NCBI GenBank assembly: GCA_902522955.1
Contig: CABYXR010000002.1
Coordinates: 16,205 to 80,204, forward strand
Direction: 5' to 3'
Source: an uncultured Pelagibacteraceae bacterium
Lineage (GTDB): Bacteria; Pseudomonadota; Alphaproteobacteria; Pelagibacterales; Pelagibacteraceae
DNA: 64,000 nt
Positions 50,306-61,022 of this stretch are shown one piece after another. The notes under the pieces were generated by a model. That model was not told where the DNA came from and ran no database searches. It saw only the letters and a program-made list of their open reading frames with translations. Within the stretch, counting starts at the first letter, position 1. Each line of letters starts with the position of its first letter. Both the position numbers and the translations under genes were made by a program.

Positions 50306-51763
50306 TTAATCCACCGCTTTCATTAAAGCTCTAGCTTTATGTATTGTCTCGTAATATTCTCTTTCAGGTTTACTATCAGCGACTATACCTGCTCCTGCCT
50401 GAACATAAAATTTATTATCTTTAATCAAAGCAGTTCTTAACGCTATACAAGTATCAAACTCATTATTTGGCGTAAAATAACCAATACCACCTGCATATAA
50501 TTTTCTTTTACTCTTTTCTAGTTCATCAATAATTTCCATTGCTCTAATTTTTGGGGCACCGCTTACCGTTCCTGCAGGAAATCCTGATAACAAGGTTTCA
50601 AATAAAGAACATTTTTTGTTAAATTTTCCAATTACATTGGAGACGATGTGCATTACGTGAGAATATTTTTCTACTTTAAATTTTTCTGTAATTTTAACAG
50701 AGTCTTCTTGAACTACTTTACCAACATCATTTCTGCCTAAGTCCAACAGCATAAGATGTTCAGCTAATTCTTTTCTATCTTTAAGCAAATCTAACTCATT
50801 TTTTTTATCAATTTTAGAATTTTTTCCTCTTGGTCTAGTGCCTGCTATCGGCCTAATAGTGACTTCCCCTTTTCTCAAGCGAACTAAAATTTCCGGACTA
50901 CTACCCAAAACTTTAAAATCGTTGTAATTAAAATAAAACATAAAAGGAGAAGGATTTGACTTTCTCAAAAAATTATAAATTTCTATTGGAGTTTTTTCAA
51001 ATTTTCTCTCAAAACGCTGGCTTAGTACAACTTGAAATATATCTCCTTTAGCAATGTATTTTTTTGCTTTTCTGACAAGAGATAAATATTTTTCTTTTGA
51101 AATATTTGATTTTATAGAATGCTTGTTTTCTTTATAAGTAAATTTTTCAGGTAATTTTATATTTTCATAGTTTTTATACAAATCAAATTTCCTTTTAATT
51201 AAACTATAAGCTTCCTCGTAATCTTTGATTTTTGTGTCATTATAAACATTTTCTATATAAAAAATTTTTTTTTTATAATTATCGTAGATGATCAAATTTT
51301 TTGGTCTAGATAGCCTGACGTCAGGTATCTGGAGATCATTTTTGCATTTATTTGGTATTTTTTCTATGTATCTAATTATATCGTAAGAAAAATACCCAAC
51401 TAACATCGACGACATCGATGGAAGCTGTTTAGGGATTTTAATATCAAAGCCTTTAATAAGCTTATTTATATAATTCAAAGGATTTGCTTTAACTCTAGTT
51501 TTTTTACCCAGTCTATTTATTGTTATGTTGTTATTATTAATATCCCATATCTTATCTGGGTTAAGCCCAACAATAGTATATCTGCCTCTTATTTTTCCTT
51601 TTTCTACAGACTCGAAAATAAAACTATTTTTTTCAGCTAATAAAAATTTAAATAAATTTTCCACTTTGGAATAATCTTTGCAATTTTTAGCTTTAAATAA
51701 GACTTGATTTTTTTTTTTAATATGATTTTTTTTAAAATTTTTAAAGTTTATATTTATTGTCAT
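50306..51763 (-). CDS. trpE: Anthranilate synthase component I
   Basis: FESVE, GDIFQVVLSQR, NPSPF, PIAGTRPRG, EHLMLLDLGRND, GAPKIRAM. Confidence 0.95.
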   Translation of the reverse strand: MTININFKNFKKNHIKKKNQVLFKAKNCKDYSKVENLFKFLLAEKNSFIFESVEKGKIRGRYTIVGLNPDKIWDINNNNITINRLGKKTRVKANPLNYINKLIKGFDIKIPKQLPSMSSMLVGYFSYDIIRYIEKIPNKCKNDLQIPDVRLSRPKNLIIYDNYKKKIFYIENVYNDTKIKDYEEAYSLIKRKFDLYKNYENIKLPEKFTYKENKHSIKSNISKEKYLSLVRKAKKYIAKGDIFQVVLSQRFERKFEKTPIEIYNFLRKSNPSPFMFYFNYNDFKVLGSSPEILVRLRKGEVTIRPIAGTRPRGKNSKIDKKNELDLLKDRKELAEHLMLLDLGRNDVGKVVQEDSVKITEKFKVEKYSHVMHIVSNVIGKFNKKCSLFETLLSGFPAGTVSGAPKIRAMEIIDELEKSKRKLYAGGIGYFTPNNEFDTCIALRTALIKDNKFYVQAGAGIVADSKPEREYYETIHKARALMKAVD

Positions 51764-53217
51764 TAAAATGAATTTTTAACTCTATTTATAGTTCTTTCAT
51801 TAAGTTCTACATTGTACTTTTGATTTAAACTTTGATCAAAAATATTAAAAATCTTGTTAATCAAGTTAAGTCTAGCTTTTGCCTCATATTTTTCAAATGC
51901 TGCAGAGTTGTTTTCAAGTTTTTTATAAGTAGTTTTGACCGGCATTACCAAAAAACTTTTATTCAACATATTGTCAGTGATTAGATCGACTTTTCCATCT
52001 TCAAGCATAAAGATTTTTTTTATAAATTCCTCCGGAAAAATTTCGTTTTGTTTTAAACTTGATATTTCATAATTTTCAAGTTTGAGTTTATTTTTATTTA
52101 CAAATTCAGTTAATCCATCATTATTAAAAGCACCTAAGCTTAAATCTTTTGCTATTGAAGTATTTAACTTAATCTTATTTTTGAATAAAAGTTGAGCATT
52201 AATTACTTTTAAAACTTCTTGATCTTGAAGCGTTCTATTTAATTTTTTAATCGATAAAATTTCTACAAGATAAAATTTATTCTCAATTTTAATAACTTCT
52301 GGAACTTTTTCGTTTTTAATTTGAAATATCTTAGTAAAAAGTTTGTTAGATAAATTCTCAACTACGTTTTTATTTTTATCTTTTTTATTTTTATCAATAT
52401 CTATTATTTCTACTGGTTTTAAGTTGTTCGATTTTACAGCTTCGTTAAATGTTAATCCATCTAAAATTTCATTTTCCAATATATCTAATTGTTTAAAAAA
52501 AGAGTCATTATAATCCTTATTGCCAGAAATAATTTGAGGTGTTATCTCAGCATATCTCAAAGACTTTACTTCTTTTATGAAAGAGGTTTCGTTTTCTTGA
52601 AAAATTTTTTCTATTTCTTTCTTTGAAGGTTTTTCTTTGGAATAATACTTATTAAGATTAACATATTTAATTTTCTTGATTTGATTTTCAAGATTAAATG
52701 TTTTTTCTACTAATGTGTTTGGAATAACTATACCACCGGACAAAGAGCTCAAAAATTGTCTTCTAGACTCTTGTTTGGCAATGTTATCCTCAAATGATGG
52801 TGCAGTAAGTCCACTTGTTAATAGAAATTTTTCATATTCGGTTCTTGAAAATTTTTTATCTTTAAAAAATAATCGATCATTTTTAATTATATCTCGCAAA
52901 GAACTATCGCTCACAATAATACCAATTTTTTTAATTTCTAATGCCATTACTTTTCTTCCTATGTATTCTGATAGTATTTCTTCAAGAAGATTTGTTTCAG
53001 ACAAACTTTTAATTTGATTTTGATTTAAGTTAAGTTGATTAATGTATTTTAAAAATTCTTGAGTACTGATTTTTTCTTTGTCTACAGTAGCTATAATGTT
53101 TTGATTTCCACCTTTAAATACATCTCCCATACCCCAAAATACAAAAGGAAGAATAATAATACCAACAAGTAGTTTTAGAAAAAAAGATTTAGATAATTTT
53201 CCTATTGAAGTTGCCAT
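51763..53217 (-). CDS. ppiD: PpiD/SurA N-terminal domain periplasmic chaperone
   Basis: N-terminal TM (II..FVFWG), SurA_N-like region (F.D..F....Y...L...G); conserved position between trpE and tpiA. Confidence 0.75.
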   Translation of the reverse strand: MATSIGKLSKSFFLKLLVGIIILPFVFWGMGDVFKGGNQNIIATVDKEKISTQEFLKYINQLNLNQNQIKSLSETNLLEEILSEYIGRKVMALEIKKIGIIVSDSSLRDIIKNDRLFFKDKKFSRTEYEKFLLTSGLTAPSFEDNIAKQESRRQFLSSLSGGIVIPNTLVEKTFNLENQIKKIKYVNLNKYYSKEKPSKKEIEKIFQENETSFIKEVKSLRYAEITPQIISGNKDYNDSFFKQLDILENEILDGLTFNEAVKSNNLKPVEIIDIDKNKKDKNKNVVENLSNKLFTKIFQIKNEKVPEVIKIENKFYLVEILSIKKLNRTLQDQEVLKVINAQLLFKNKIKLNTSIAKDLSLGAFNNDGLTEFVNKNKLKLENYEISSLKQNEIFPEEFIKKIFMLEDGKVDLITDNMLNKSFLVMPVKTTYKKLENNSAAFEKYEAKARLNLINKIFNIFDQSLNQKYNVELNERTINRVKNSF

Positions 53218-53281
53218 TTTATTAATTTAATAAGTGTTAAAATTATACACCTATAGATCAAAATTTAAACTAAGGCAAATA

Positions 53282-54025
53282 ATGAAGTATTTTATTGGAA
53301 ATTGGAAAATGTTTGGTGTTCCCAGGTCAATTAGTATACTAAATAAAATCAATTTATTTATTTCAAAGGACAGAAACAGAAAAAAATATAGAGTAATTGT
53401 AACTCCTCCATATACTTTATTAGAGACATTTTCTAAAAAATTTAAGAATAAAAAGATTTTTATTGGGTCTCAAAATTGCTATCAAAAAGATCATTATTCC
53501 TCAAATACTGCCGCTATAAGCCCATATATGATTAAGAAGGTGGGAGCTAAACTTACGCTAATAGGTCACTCCGATAACAGAGCCGAAGGAGACACAGATG
53601 AAATTATTAAAAATAAAGTTATTTTTGCACTTAAAAATAATCTTAAAATAGTTTTTTGTATCGGCGAAAATAAAAAACAAAAAAAAAACAAACAAACTTT
53701 AAGCGTATTAAAAAATCAATTAACCAAAGTTTTAGAAAAAAAGTTTAAAACAAACAATTTAATTGTAGCTTACGAACCAATATGGTCAATCGGCACAGGT
53801 AAAATTCCTAATCAGGATGAGTTATTAATAACAACTTTACATATTAAAAAGACATTAAAAAATATTTTTGGGAAGAAAACACCTCCAGTAATTTATGGTG
53901 GGTCGGTTGATGGAGGAAATGTTCAAAAATTTAAAAAAATTAAAGAAATCGATGGTTTTTTGATTGGCGGAGCATCAAAAGATTCTAAAAAATTTATTGA
54001 TATAATAAAAAATTACTATAGATAG
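53282..54025 (+). CDS. tpiA: Triosephosphate isomerase
   Basis: GNWKM, IGHSDNR, AYEPIWSIGTG, YGGSV, LIGGAS; start placed at ATG 53282. Confidence 0.95.
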   Translation: MKYFIGNWKMFGVPRSISILNKINLFISKDRNRKKYRVIVTPPYTLLETFSKKFKNKKIFIGSQNCYQKDHYSSNTAAISPYMIKKVGAKLTLIGHSDNRAEGDTDEIIKNKVIFALKNNLKIVFCIGENKKQKKNKQTLSVLKNQLTKVLEKKFKTNNLIVAYEPIWSIGTGKIPNQDELLITTLHIKKTLKNIFGKKTPPVIYGGSVDGGNVQKFKKIKEIDGFLIGGASKDSKKFIDIIKNYYR

Positions 54026-54030
54026 GCATA

Positions 54031-54330
54031 ATGGAAAGTTTATTAATAGGAATTAATATAACCTTAGCAATCATACTTGTTATCTCTGTATTATTGCAAA
54101 AATCTGAAGGTGGCGCACTAGGACTTGGTGTTTCACAAGATAATTTCACGTCGGCAAGAAGTGTAGGAAGTTTCTTAACAAAATTTACAGCAATAATTGC
54201 AACTTTATTTATAATTTGCAGCATTGCTATTGTAGCTATCTCTAGAGATGAGCTTCGTGAAACACAGTCAGTTCTTGAACAACAAGAAGAGGAAAATTCT
54301 AACCTTCCACAAATTCCTCAATCTAAGTAA
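54031..54330 (+). CDS. secG: Preprotein translocase subunit SecG
   Basis: VLLQKSEGGALG, two TM segments; tpiA-secG-pyrG synteny. Confidence 0.92.
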   Translation: MESLLIGINITLAIILVISVLLQKSEGGALGLGVSQDNFTSARSVGSFLTKFTAIIATLFIICSIAIVAISRDELRETQSVLEQQEEENSNLPQIPQSK

Positions 54331-54339
54331 AATTAATTC

Positions 54340-54377
54340 TTTGTAAATAAACAATTATAGCGTATAACATACTTCCA
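54340..54377 (+). promoter_or_regulatory. Putative sigma70 promoter of pyrG with start region overlapping the ATG
   Basis: (T)TTGTAA at 54340-46 and TATAAC at 54363-68; positions 6-9 downstream are T,C,C,A(TG). Confidence 0.5.
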
Positions 54378-55999
54378 TGGCGCGATATATTTTCGTAACT
54401 GGCGGCGTGGTTTCATCTTTAGGTAAAGGTTTATCTTCAGCATCATTAGCATATCTTTTACAGTCAAGAGGTTACAAAGTTCGTATAAGAAAATTAGATC
54501 CTTACCTTAATGTTGATCCAGGAACAATGAGTCCCTTTCAACATGGAGAGGTATATGTAACTGATGACGGAGCTGAAACCGATTTAGACCTAGGGCATTA
54601 TGAGAGATTTTCAGGAATTTCTGCAAAAAAATCTGACAACATTACTACCGGTAAAATTTACAATGATGTTTTAAAAAGAGAACGTCAGGGAAAATATTTA
54701 GGTAAAACTGTACAAGTTATTCCACATATTACTAATAGAATTAAAGAGTTTATAAAAAATGATATAGCTAAAGAGGATTTTGTTATTTGCGAGATAGGGG
54801 GAACAGTAGGAGACATCGAAAGCCTTCCTTTTTTAGAAGCTATAAGACAATTTTCTAATGAGTTAGGAAGAAAAAATACCTTGTTTATTCATCTGACTTT
54901 GGTCCCTTATATGAAAGCTTCGGATGAAATCAAAACTAAACCTACGCAGCATTCAGTTAAAGAGCTTAGAAGTATTGGTATTCAACCAGATATTATAATT
55001 TGTAGATCAGAGAGATCTATTCCTTTAGATCAAAGAAAAAAGATTTCTTTATTTTGCAACGTCTCAATAAATGACGTAATTGAAACAGTTGACGTTAAAA
55101 CAATTTATGAGGCTCCAATAAGCTTCAACAAAGAGAAATTGGATGAAAGAGTATTAAAATTTTTTAAGATTTGGCCAAAAAAGAAGGTCAATCTTCAGCC
55201 ATGGAAAAAAATTACCCAATTAGTTCTAAATACAAAAAATAAAGTAAATATTGCAATAATTGGTAAATATGTGGAACTCAAAGATGCTTATAAATCGCTA
55301 GATGAAGCATTAACGCATGGAGGTATAGCAAATAATTTAAAAGTAAACCTTATAAGAATTGAATCTGATTATTTAAAGCCAAAAGAAATAAATAATAAAT
55401 TAAAAGGTGTATCAGGGATTTTAATTCCAGGTGGTTTTGGAAAAAGAGGTACTGAAGGAAAAATTGCAGCTATAAACTACGCTAGAAAAAAAAAAATACC
55501 GTTTCTAGGCATTTGTTTTGGAATGCAAATGGCCGTTATCGAATTTGCTAGAAATATATTAAATATAAAAAATGCCACTTCAAGTGAATTTGGTTTTTCA
55601 AAAGCATCTGTTGTTGGGTTGATGAACGAATGGATGAAGGATGGGAAGCTTATGAAAGGAACTGATAAAAATTTAGGAGGAACTATGCGTTTAGGTAGTT
55701 ACGAAGCTAGACTTAAAAAAGACACAAAGATAAGTAAAATTTATAATTCTTTGAAAATCAAAGAAAGACATCGTCATAGATATGAAGTTAATATCAATTA
55801 TAAAGAAGAATTTGAAAATAAAGGAATGATTTTTTCAGGTTTATCTCCAGATAATAAATTACCAGAAATTATAGAATTAAAAGATCATCCTTGGTTTATA
55901 GGAGTTCAGTTTCACCCTGAATTTAAATCTAGACCTTTAGCTCCACATCCTTTATTCTCTTCATTTATAAAGGCTGCAAAAATCAATTCGAAAAAATGA
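54377..55999 (+). CDS. pyrG: CTP synthase
   Basis: [41 protein letters not shown]. Confidence 0.98.
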   Translation: MARYIFVTGGVVSSLGKGLSSASLAYLLQSRGYKVRIRKLDPYLNVDPGTMSPFQHGEVYVTDDGAETDLDLGHYERFSGISAKKSDNITTGKIYNDVLKRERQGKYLGKTVQVIPHITNRIKEFIKNDIAKEDFVICEIGGTVGDIESLPFLEAIRQFSNELGRKNTLFIHLTLVPYMKASDEIKTKPTQHSVKELRSIGIQPDIIICRSERSIPLDQRKKISLFCNVSINDVIETVDVKTIYEAPISFNKEKLDERVLKFFKIWPKKKVNLQPWKKITQLVLNTKNKVNIAIIGKYVELKDAYKSLDEALTHGGIANNLKVNLIRIESDYLKPKEINNKLKGVSGILIPGGFGKRGTEGKIAAINYARKKKIPFLGICFGMQMAVIEFARNILNIKNATSSEFGFSKASVVGLMNEWMKDGKLMKGTDKNLGGTMRLGSYEARLKKDTKISKIYNSLKIKERHRHRYEVNINYKEEFENKGMIFSGLSPDNKLPEIIELKDHPWFIGVQFHPEFKSRPLAPHPLFSSFIKAAKINSKK

Positions 56000-56823
56000 A
56001 AAATCATACAGTAAAATGTTCAAATTTCGAGATCGCGAATGATAAACCATTAACTCTAATTGCTGGTCCATGCCAGTTGGAAAATGAGGCTCATGCAATT
56101 AAAATTTCTACTGAACTTAAAAAAATTGCATCTGATCTTGGGATAAATTTTTTATACAAAACCTCTTTTGATAAAGCTAATAGGACAAGTCTTAAAGGCA
56201 AAAGAGGGATTGGATTAGAAAAATCTCTACCTATCTTTGATAAAATTAGAAAGGAAGTTGATGTTCCAATCTTAACAGACATTCATACAGCTGAGCAATG
56301 TTTAACCGTTTCTAAACATGTTGATGTTTTACAAATACCTGCATTTTTATGTCGTCAAACCGATTTACTTATTACTGCAGCGAAAACAGGAAAGATTATT
56401 AATGTGAAAAAAGGTCAATTTTTAGCTCCATGGGATATGGCTAACGTTATAAAAAAAATCGAAGAATCAGGAAATAAAAATATTTTAATAACAGAGAGAG
56501 GCGCTAGTTTTGGATATAATACTTTAGTATCAGATATGAGAGCATTACCCATTATGTCAAAATTTGGTTTTCCAATAGTCTTCGATGCCACTCATTCAGT
56601 TCAACAACCTGGAGGAATGGGAGAAAAAAGTGGTGGACAAAGAGAATTCGTTCCGCATTTAGCTAGAGCTGCAACAGCTGTGGGAATTGGAGCAATTTTC
56701 ATCGAAACCCATGAAGATCCAAACAATGCGCCATCAGACGGCCCAAATATGGTGCCATTAAGTGAAATGAAAATTTTATTAAAAAAATTAATTGAAATTG
56801 ATAATTTAATTAAAAATAATTAA
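55996..56823 (+). CDS. kdsA: KDO8P synthase
   Basis: [37 protein letters not shown]. Confidence 0.96.
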   Translation: MKNHTVKCSNFEIANDKPLTLIAGPCQLENEAHAIKISTELKKIASDLGINFLYKTSFDKANRTSLKGKRGIGLEKSLPIFDKIRKEVDVPILTDIHTAEQCLTVSKHVDVLQIPAFLCRQTDLLITAAKTGKIINVKKGQFLAPWDMANVIKKIEESGNKNILITERGASFGYNTLVSDMRALPIMSKFGFPIVFDATHSVQQPGGMGEKSGGQREFVPHLARAATAVGIGAIFIETHEDPNNAPSDGPNMVPLSEMKILLKKLIEIDNLIKNN

Positions 56824-58080
56824 ATGGCAAAAATTATTAACGTAAAAGGTCGTCAGGTTTTTGACAGCAGAGGAAATCCAACTGTTGAAGCAGAAGTTTT
56901 TTTAGACAATGATATTTCTGCTTCGGCTATTTCACCATCTGGAGCGTCTACAGGTGCTTTTGAAGCACACGAATTAAGAGACAATGATAAAAATAATTTT
57001 TTAGGAAAAGGCGTAAAAAAAGCTGTTGAAAATATTAATGAAAAAATTAGATCAAAACTAAAAGGAATGGACCCAATGGATCAATCTAAAATTGATAAAG
57101 TTTTATTGGATTTAGATGGTACTGAAAATAAAAAAAATCTTGGAGCGAATGCAACATTAGCAGTATCTTTAGCCAATTCAAAGTCAGCAGCTTTATCAAT
57201 TAAAAAACCACTTTATAAAAATTTAGGAAAATCTTTCTCATTGCCTAAACCTTTAATGAATATCATTAATGGAGGAGCACATGCTGATAACGATTTGAAG
57301 ATTCAGGAATTTATGATTAGACCAGACTCAGCAAAAAGTTTTATGGATGCTTTAGAAAAATGTTTTCTAGTTATTCAAAATTTGAAAAGTTTATTGAAAT
57401 TAAAAAAAATGCTCACTAATGTTGGTGATGAAGGCGGTTTTGCACCTTCAATTAATACTAATGAAGAAGCTCTAGAATTAATTGTTAATGCTATAGAAAA
57501 ATCAGAATTAATACCTGGCAAAGACGTTGTAATTTGTCTAGATGTTGCTGCTAATGAATTAATAAATAAAGAGGGAAAATATTCAATTCAATCAAGTAGT
57601 TACAATTCTATTGATGACGTTGTCAGTTACTATAAGAAATTAACTTCAAAATATCCGATAAAATCAATCGAAGATCCTTTTGCTGAAGAGGATTGGGAGG
57701 CTTGGAAAAAAATTACAGCAGAAATTGGGAATAATATTCAAATTGTTGGTGATGATTTATTTGTAACAAACTCAAAGAGATTAAAAAAAGGAATTGATAA
57801 TAAATCAGCGAATAGTATTTTAATTAAACCTAATCAAATTGGAACTCTATCTGAAACTTTAGAAGTTGTTGCAATGTCAAAAAAGGCAAATTTTAACACG
57901 ATTATTTCTCATAGATCTGGAGATACAGAAGATACATTTATTGCTGATTTAGCTGTTGCAACAGAATCAAATCAAATTAAAACAGGATCTTTAGCAAGAT
58001 CTGAGAGAGTAGCCAAATATAACAGGCTGATACGTATTGAAGAAGAACTTGGAAATCAAGCTAAAATCGCTAATATCTAA
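56824..58080 (+). CDS. eno: Enolase
   Basis: DSRGNPTVE, PSGASTG, VGDEGGF, SHRSGDTED, KTGSLARSER. Confidence 0.98.
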   Translation: MAKIINVKGRQVFDSRGNPTVEAEVFLDNDISASAISPSGASTGAFEAHELRDNDKNNFLGKGVKKAVENINEKIRSKLKGMDPMDQSKIDKVLLDLDGTENKKNLGANATLAVSLANSKSAALSIKKPLYKNLGKSFSLPKPLMNIINGGAHADNDLKIQEFMIRPDSAKSFMDALEKCFLVIQNLKSLLKLKKMLTNVGDEGGFAPSINTNEEALELIVNAIEKSELIPGKDVVICLDVAANELINKEGKYSIQSSSYNSIDDVVSYYKKLTSKYPIKSIEDPFAEEDWEAWKKITAEIGNNIQIVGDDLFVTNSKRLKKGIDNKSANSILIKPNQIGTLSETLEVVAMSKKANFNTIISHRSGDTEDTFIADLAVATESNQIKTGSLARSERVAKYNRLIRIEEELGNQAKIANI

Positions 58081-58082
58081 GC

Positions 58083-58376
58083 ATGCGGCTAATAGAAAGT
58101 TTAAAAAAGAAAAAAATTATACTAATAAACATCTTTCTTACACTTTATGTTGGTACAAATCTAATTGGAGGTGAAAGAGGATTAATTTCTTATTTTGAAA
58201 AGAAAAAAATTCAAAATCAATTGATTAAAAAAGAAAAAAAGTTAAATCAAGAAGTAGTTAATTTAAAAAAACAAATTGATTTGATTACAAATAATAATAT
58301 AGATTTTTTAGATATACTTTTAAGAGAAAAGTTGAAATACGGAACTAAAGATGAAATTATAATAAAAATTAAATGA
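58083..58376 (+). CDS. ftsB: Septum formation initiator (FtsB/DivIC family)
   Basis: TM followed by G.RG, coiled coil, D..D...R..L; eno-ftsB synteny. Confidence 0.75.
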   Translation: MRLIESLKKKKIILINIFLTLYVGTNLIGGERGLISYFEKKKIQNQLIKKEKKLNQEVVNLKKQIDLITNNNIDFLDILLREKLKYGTKDEIIIKIK

Positions 58377-59314
58377 GCAAAATTAGACATCCTGAAAAAG
58401 TAAACAGACCAATAAATCCAATTAAAAAAAAACCTGAGTGGATTAGATCTAAAATATTAGACTCAAAAATTTTTTTTCAAACAAAACAAGTGGTCAATCA
58501 AAACAACCTTGTTACAGTATGCCAAGAAGCTAATTGTCCAAATATAACTGAGTGTTGGAGTAAAAAACATGCAACATTTATGATTATGGGCGATACATGT
58601 ACTAGAGCTTGCGCTTTTTGTGATGTAAAAACAGGTAAACCATCTAGTTTAGATCTTTTTGAACCAATAAAGATATCTAATGCAGTAAATAAATTAAACT
58701 TAAAGCATGTTGTAATTACATCTGTTGATAGAGATGATCTAAAGGATGGTGGCGCTGACCACTTTTATAATGTAGTTCAAAAAACAAGAGAAAAAAACCC
58801 AAATACTTCTATTGAGGTTTTAACTCCAGATTTTCTACGGAAAGGTAACGCTTACAAAAAAGTTTTAAAAGCAGATTTAGACGTTTTTAATCACAATATT
58901 GAAACTGTGCCTAGGCTTTATACAAAAGTAAGACCAGGTGCTAGATATTTTGCATCTTTGGAACTTTTAAAGAATGCAAAACTTTTTAAAGAAAAAATTT
59001 TTACAAAATCTGGAATAATGGTTGGTCTTGGAGAAAACAAAGAAGAAATAATTCAAGTTATGGACGATCTGAGGTCTGCAGAAGTAGATTTTATAACTAT
59101 AGGACAATATTTACAGCCCTCACCCAAACACCATCCATTGGCAAGATACTATCATCCAGAAGAATTCAAAGAATTAGAAATTATTGCTAAAACAAAAGGT
59201 TTTTTATTAGTTTCATCTTCTCCTTTAACAAGATCTTCCTACCATGCTGATGAAGATTTTAGAAGACTTCAAGACGCAAGAAACAATAAACTTGAATGTC
59301 ATCAGCGACAATAA
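58373..59314 (+). CDS. lipA: Lipoyl synthase
   Basis: [12 protein letters not shown] and CTRACAFC radical-SAM motifs, RSSYHA. Confidence 0.97.
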   Translation: MSKIRHPEKVNRPINPIKKKPEWIRSKILDSKIFFQTKQVVNQNNLVTVCQEANCPNITECWSKKHATFMIMGDTCTRACAFCDVKTGKPSSLDLFEPIKISNAVNKLNLKHVVITSVDRDDLKDGGADHFYNVVQKTREKNPNTSIEVLTPDFLRKGNAYKKVLKADLDVFNHNIETVPRLYTKVRPGARYFASLELLKNAKLFKEKIFTKSGIMVGLGENKEEIIQVMDDLRSAEVDFITIGQYLQPSPKHHPLARYYHPEEFKELEIIAKTKGFLLVSSSPLTRSSYHADEDFRRLQDARNNKLECHQRQ

Positions 59315-59739
59315 AAAAAATAATTCCTTGTAAAAAAGAGCAGCTTATAGAAATGGTTCTCGATATTGAAAAATATCCTGAGTTTGTCCCCTGGTGTATT
59401 GAAGGAAAAAAATACGAAACAAATGAAAGCAGTGATTTAATAATTTTTAAGGGAGATTTAAAAGTTGGAAAAAGCATTTTAAATGAAACTTTTTCTAGCC
59501 TAGTCACATATTATAAAGAAAAGGACAAAATTATAGTAACAAATCTAAACGGACCCTTAAAACATTTAAAAAATGAATGGAAATTTAAAGAGGTAAACAA
59601 CACAACTCAATTAGAATTTTTTGTCGATTTTGAGTTGAAAAATCCAATTTTGAATGGAATAATGAAAAAATCCTTCGAAATTGGCTTAAATAAAATAGCC
59701 AAAGCTTTCGAGGAAAGAGCAATAAAATTATTTAAGTGA
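59296..59739 (+). CDS. Coq10/RatA START-domain (polyketide cyclase-like) protein
   Basis: [27 protein letters not shown]; lipA-coq10 synteny. Confidence 0.88.
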   Translation: MSSATIKKIIPCKKEQLIEMVLDIEKYPEFVPWCIEGKKYETNESSDLIIFKGDLKVGKSILNETFSSLVTYYKEKDKIIVTNLNGPLKHLKNEWKFKEVNNTTQLEFFVDFELKNPILNGIMKKSFEIGLNKIAKAFEERAIKLFK

Positions 59740-60050
59740 TGTTTATAGTATCCTCTTTATTAATACTTTTTTTTCTATCATTTAAGTTTTTATCTAATTA
59801 TATTAAAAAAATCAGAACAGGAGATCCAAATGAAAGTGACCTGACTTATTGGATGTTCTCATATGATTTCAAATCATCTAATAAAGATTGGGTGCCTGAG
59901 GATAAAAAACTTAGACAAAGAAAAAGAGCAAGAAATGCCTTAGTTTTTGCACTTTATTTAAATGCTTTTTGTATTTTTTTACTTTTAAATAGTTTTGCTG
60001 CTCACCTACTAGAGGTTATCGTGAGTCCACAATTTAGGTACCCAATTTAA
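59739..60050 (+). CDS. Small hypothetical membrane protein (two hydrophobic segments)
   Basis: ORF fills the gap between coq10 and cinA exactly, TGATG coupling; no recognised motif. Confidence 0.6.
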   Translation: MFIVSSLLILFFLSFKFLSNYIKKIRTGDPNESDLTYWMFSYDFKSSNKDWVPEDKKLRQRKRARNALVFALYLNAFCIFLLLNSFAAHLLEVIVSPQFRYPI

Positions 60051-60051
60051 A

Positions 60052-60519
60052 TTATATTTGCTTCAAAATCAGATTAATAGTTTTTTTTACCGTAGCTTTT
60101 TGAATTGCTGATCTTCCTTTATTTTTAAATTGGTTCTTGCTTATTACAATTTTCTTTCCATTTTTAACACCAATATAAACAAGACCAACCGGTTTTTCTT
60201 TAGTGCCACCTTTAGGTCCAGCAATTCCAGTAATTGAAACACATACTTTGCTTTTACTAATCTTACTCAAATTATTTACCATAGATAAACAGCACTGAAT
60301 ACTTACCGCACCATGCTTTTGAATGATTTTTTTAGGCACTTTTAAAATATTCATTTTTGCTTGATTAGAGTAGGTGACTAAACCCATTGAAAATACTTTA
60401 GAAGCACCACTCACTGAAGTAATAGCACTTGATAGCATTCCACCTGTACAAGATTCAGCTATAGCTAATTTGAATTTTTTATTTCTAAGAAAGGAAACGA
60501 TTTTCTTATTTAATTTCAT
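60052..60519 (-). CDS. cinA: CinA C-terminal domain protein (PncC, NMN deamidase)
   Basis: AESCTGG, SGAS, VTYSN.AK, SITGIAGP.GG..EKPVGLV. Confidence 0.9.
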   Translation of the reverse strand: MKLNKKIVSFLRNKKFKLAIAESCTGGMLSSAITSVSGASKVFSMGLVTYSNQAKMNILKVPKKIIQKHGAVSIQCCLSMVNNLSKISKSKVCVSITGIAGPKGGTKEKPVGLVYIGVKNGKKIVISKNQFKNKGRSAIQKATVKKTINLILKQI

Positions 60520-61022
60520 AAGAATAGTTTTGATTTAATTACCATAAATATTATTAAAGTTAATACAACATAAAATCCTGCAATTACATCATCAATGATA
60601 ACGCCAAAACTATTTTTAAATTTTTTATCGAAGAAATTAATTGGAAATGGTTTTTTTATATCGAAAAATCTAAATAAAATAAAAATATATATATAAAACA
60701 AGATAGCTTCATTATAATCTTTAGTAGTTCCATGAGCTATTTCATACATATAAATAGGTATTGATTGTCCAATCACTTCATCAATAACTACTTCTTTTGG
60801 ATCTTTGTTAGCATCATCTTTTATATAATTTGCAATTGCTATAAATGAGTAAAGAAATACTGCTAGCAAAATTATTAAAATAGTAGTGTTAGATAAATTT
60901 AAAATATGGAATAAACTAAACAAAAAAATTGCAGTAATTAATGATGTAATTGTACCAGGAGCATATCTGATAGTTCCAATTCCAAAAAAAGTTACAAATA
61001 AAAAATTTATATTTTTAATCAT
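60516..61022 (-). CDS. pgpA: Phosphatidylglycerophosphatase A
   Basis: APGT..S, DPKEVVIDE..G, FRFFDI.KPFPI, G..IDDVIAG. Confidence 0.92.
   Translation of the reverse strand: MIKNINFLFVTFFGIGTIRYAPGTITSLITAIFLFSLFHILNLSNTTILIILLAVFLYSFIAIANYIKDDANKDPKEVVIDEVIGQSIPIYMYEIAHGTTKDYNEAILFYIYIFILFRFFDIKKPFPINFFDKKFKNSFGVIIDDVIAGFYVVLTLIIFMVIKSKLFL

Noticed and set aside
59296-59739. RatA 'toxin' of a toxin-antitoxin system
   Set aside because: A Coq10-type START protein in its conserved lipA-linked position; no antitoxin partner evident.
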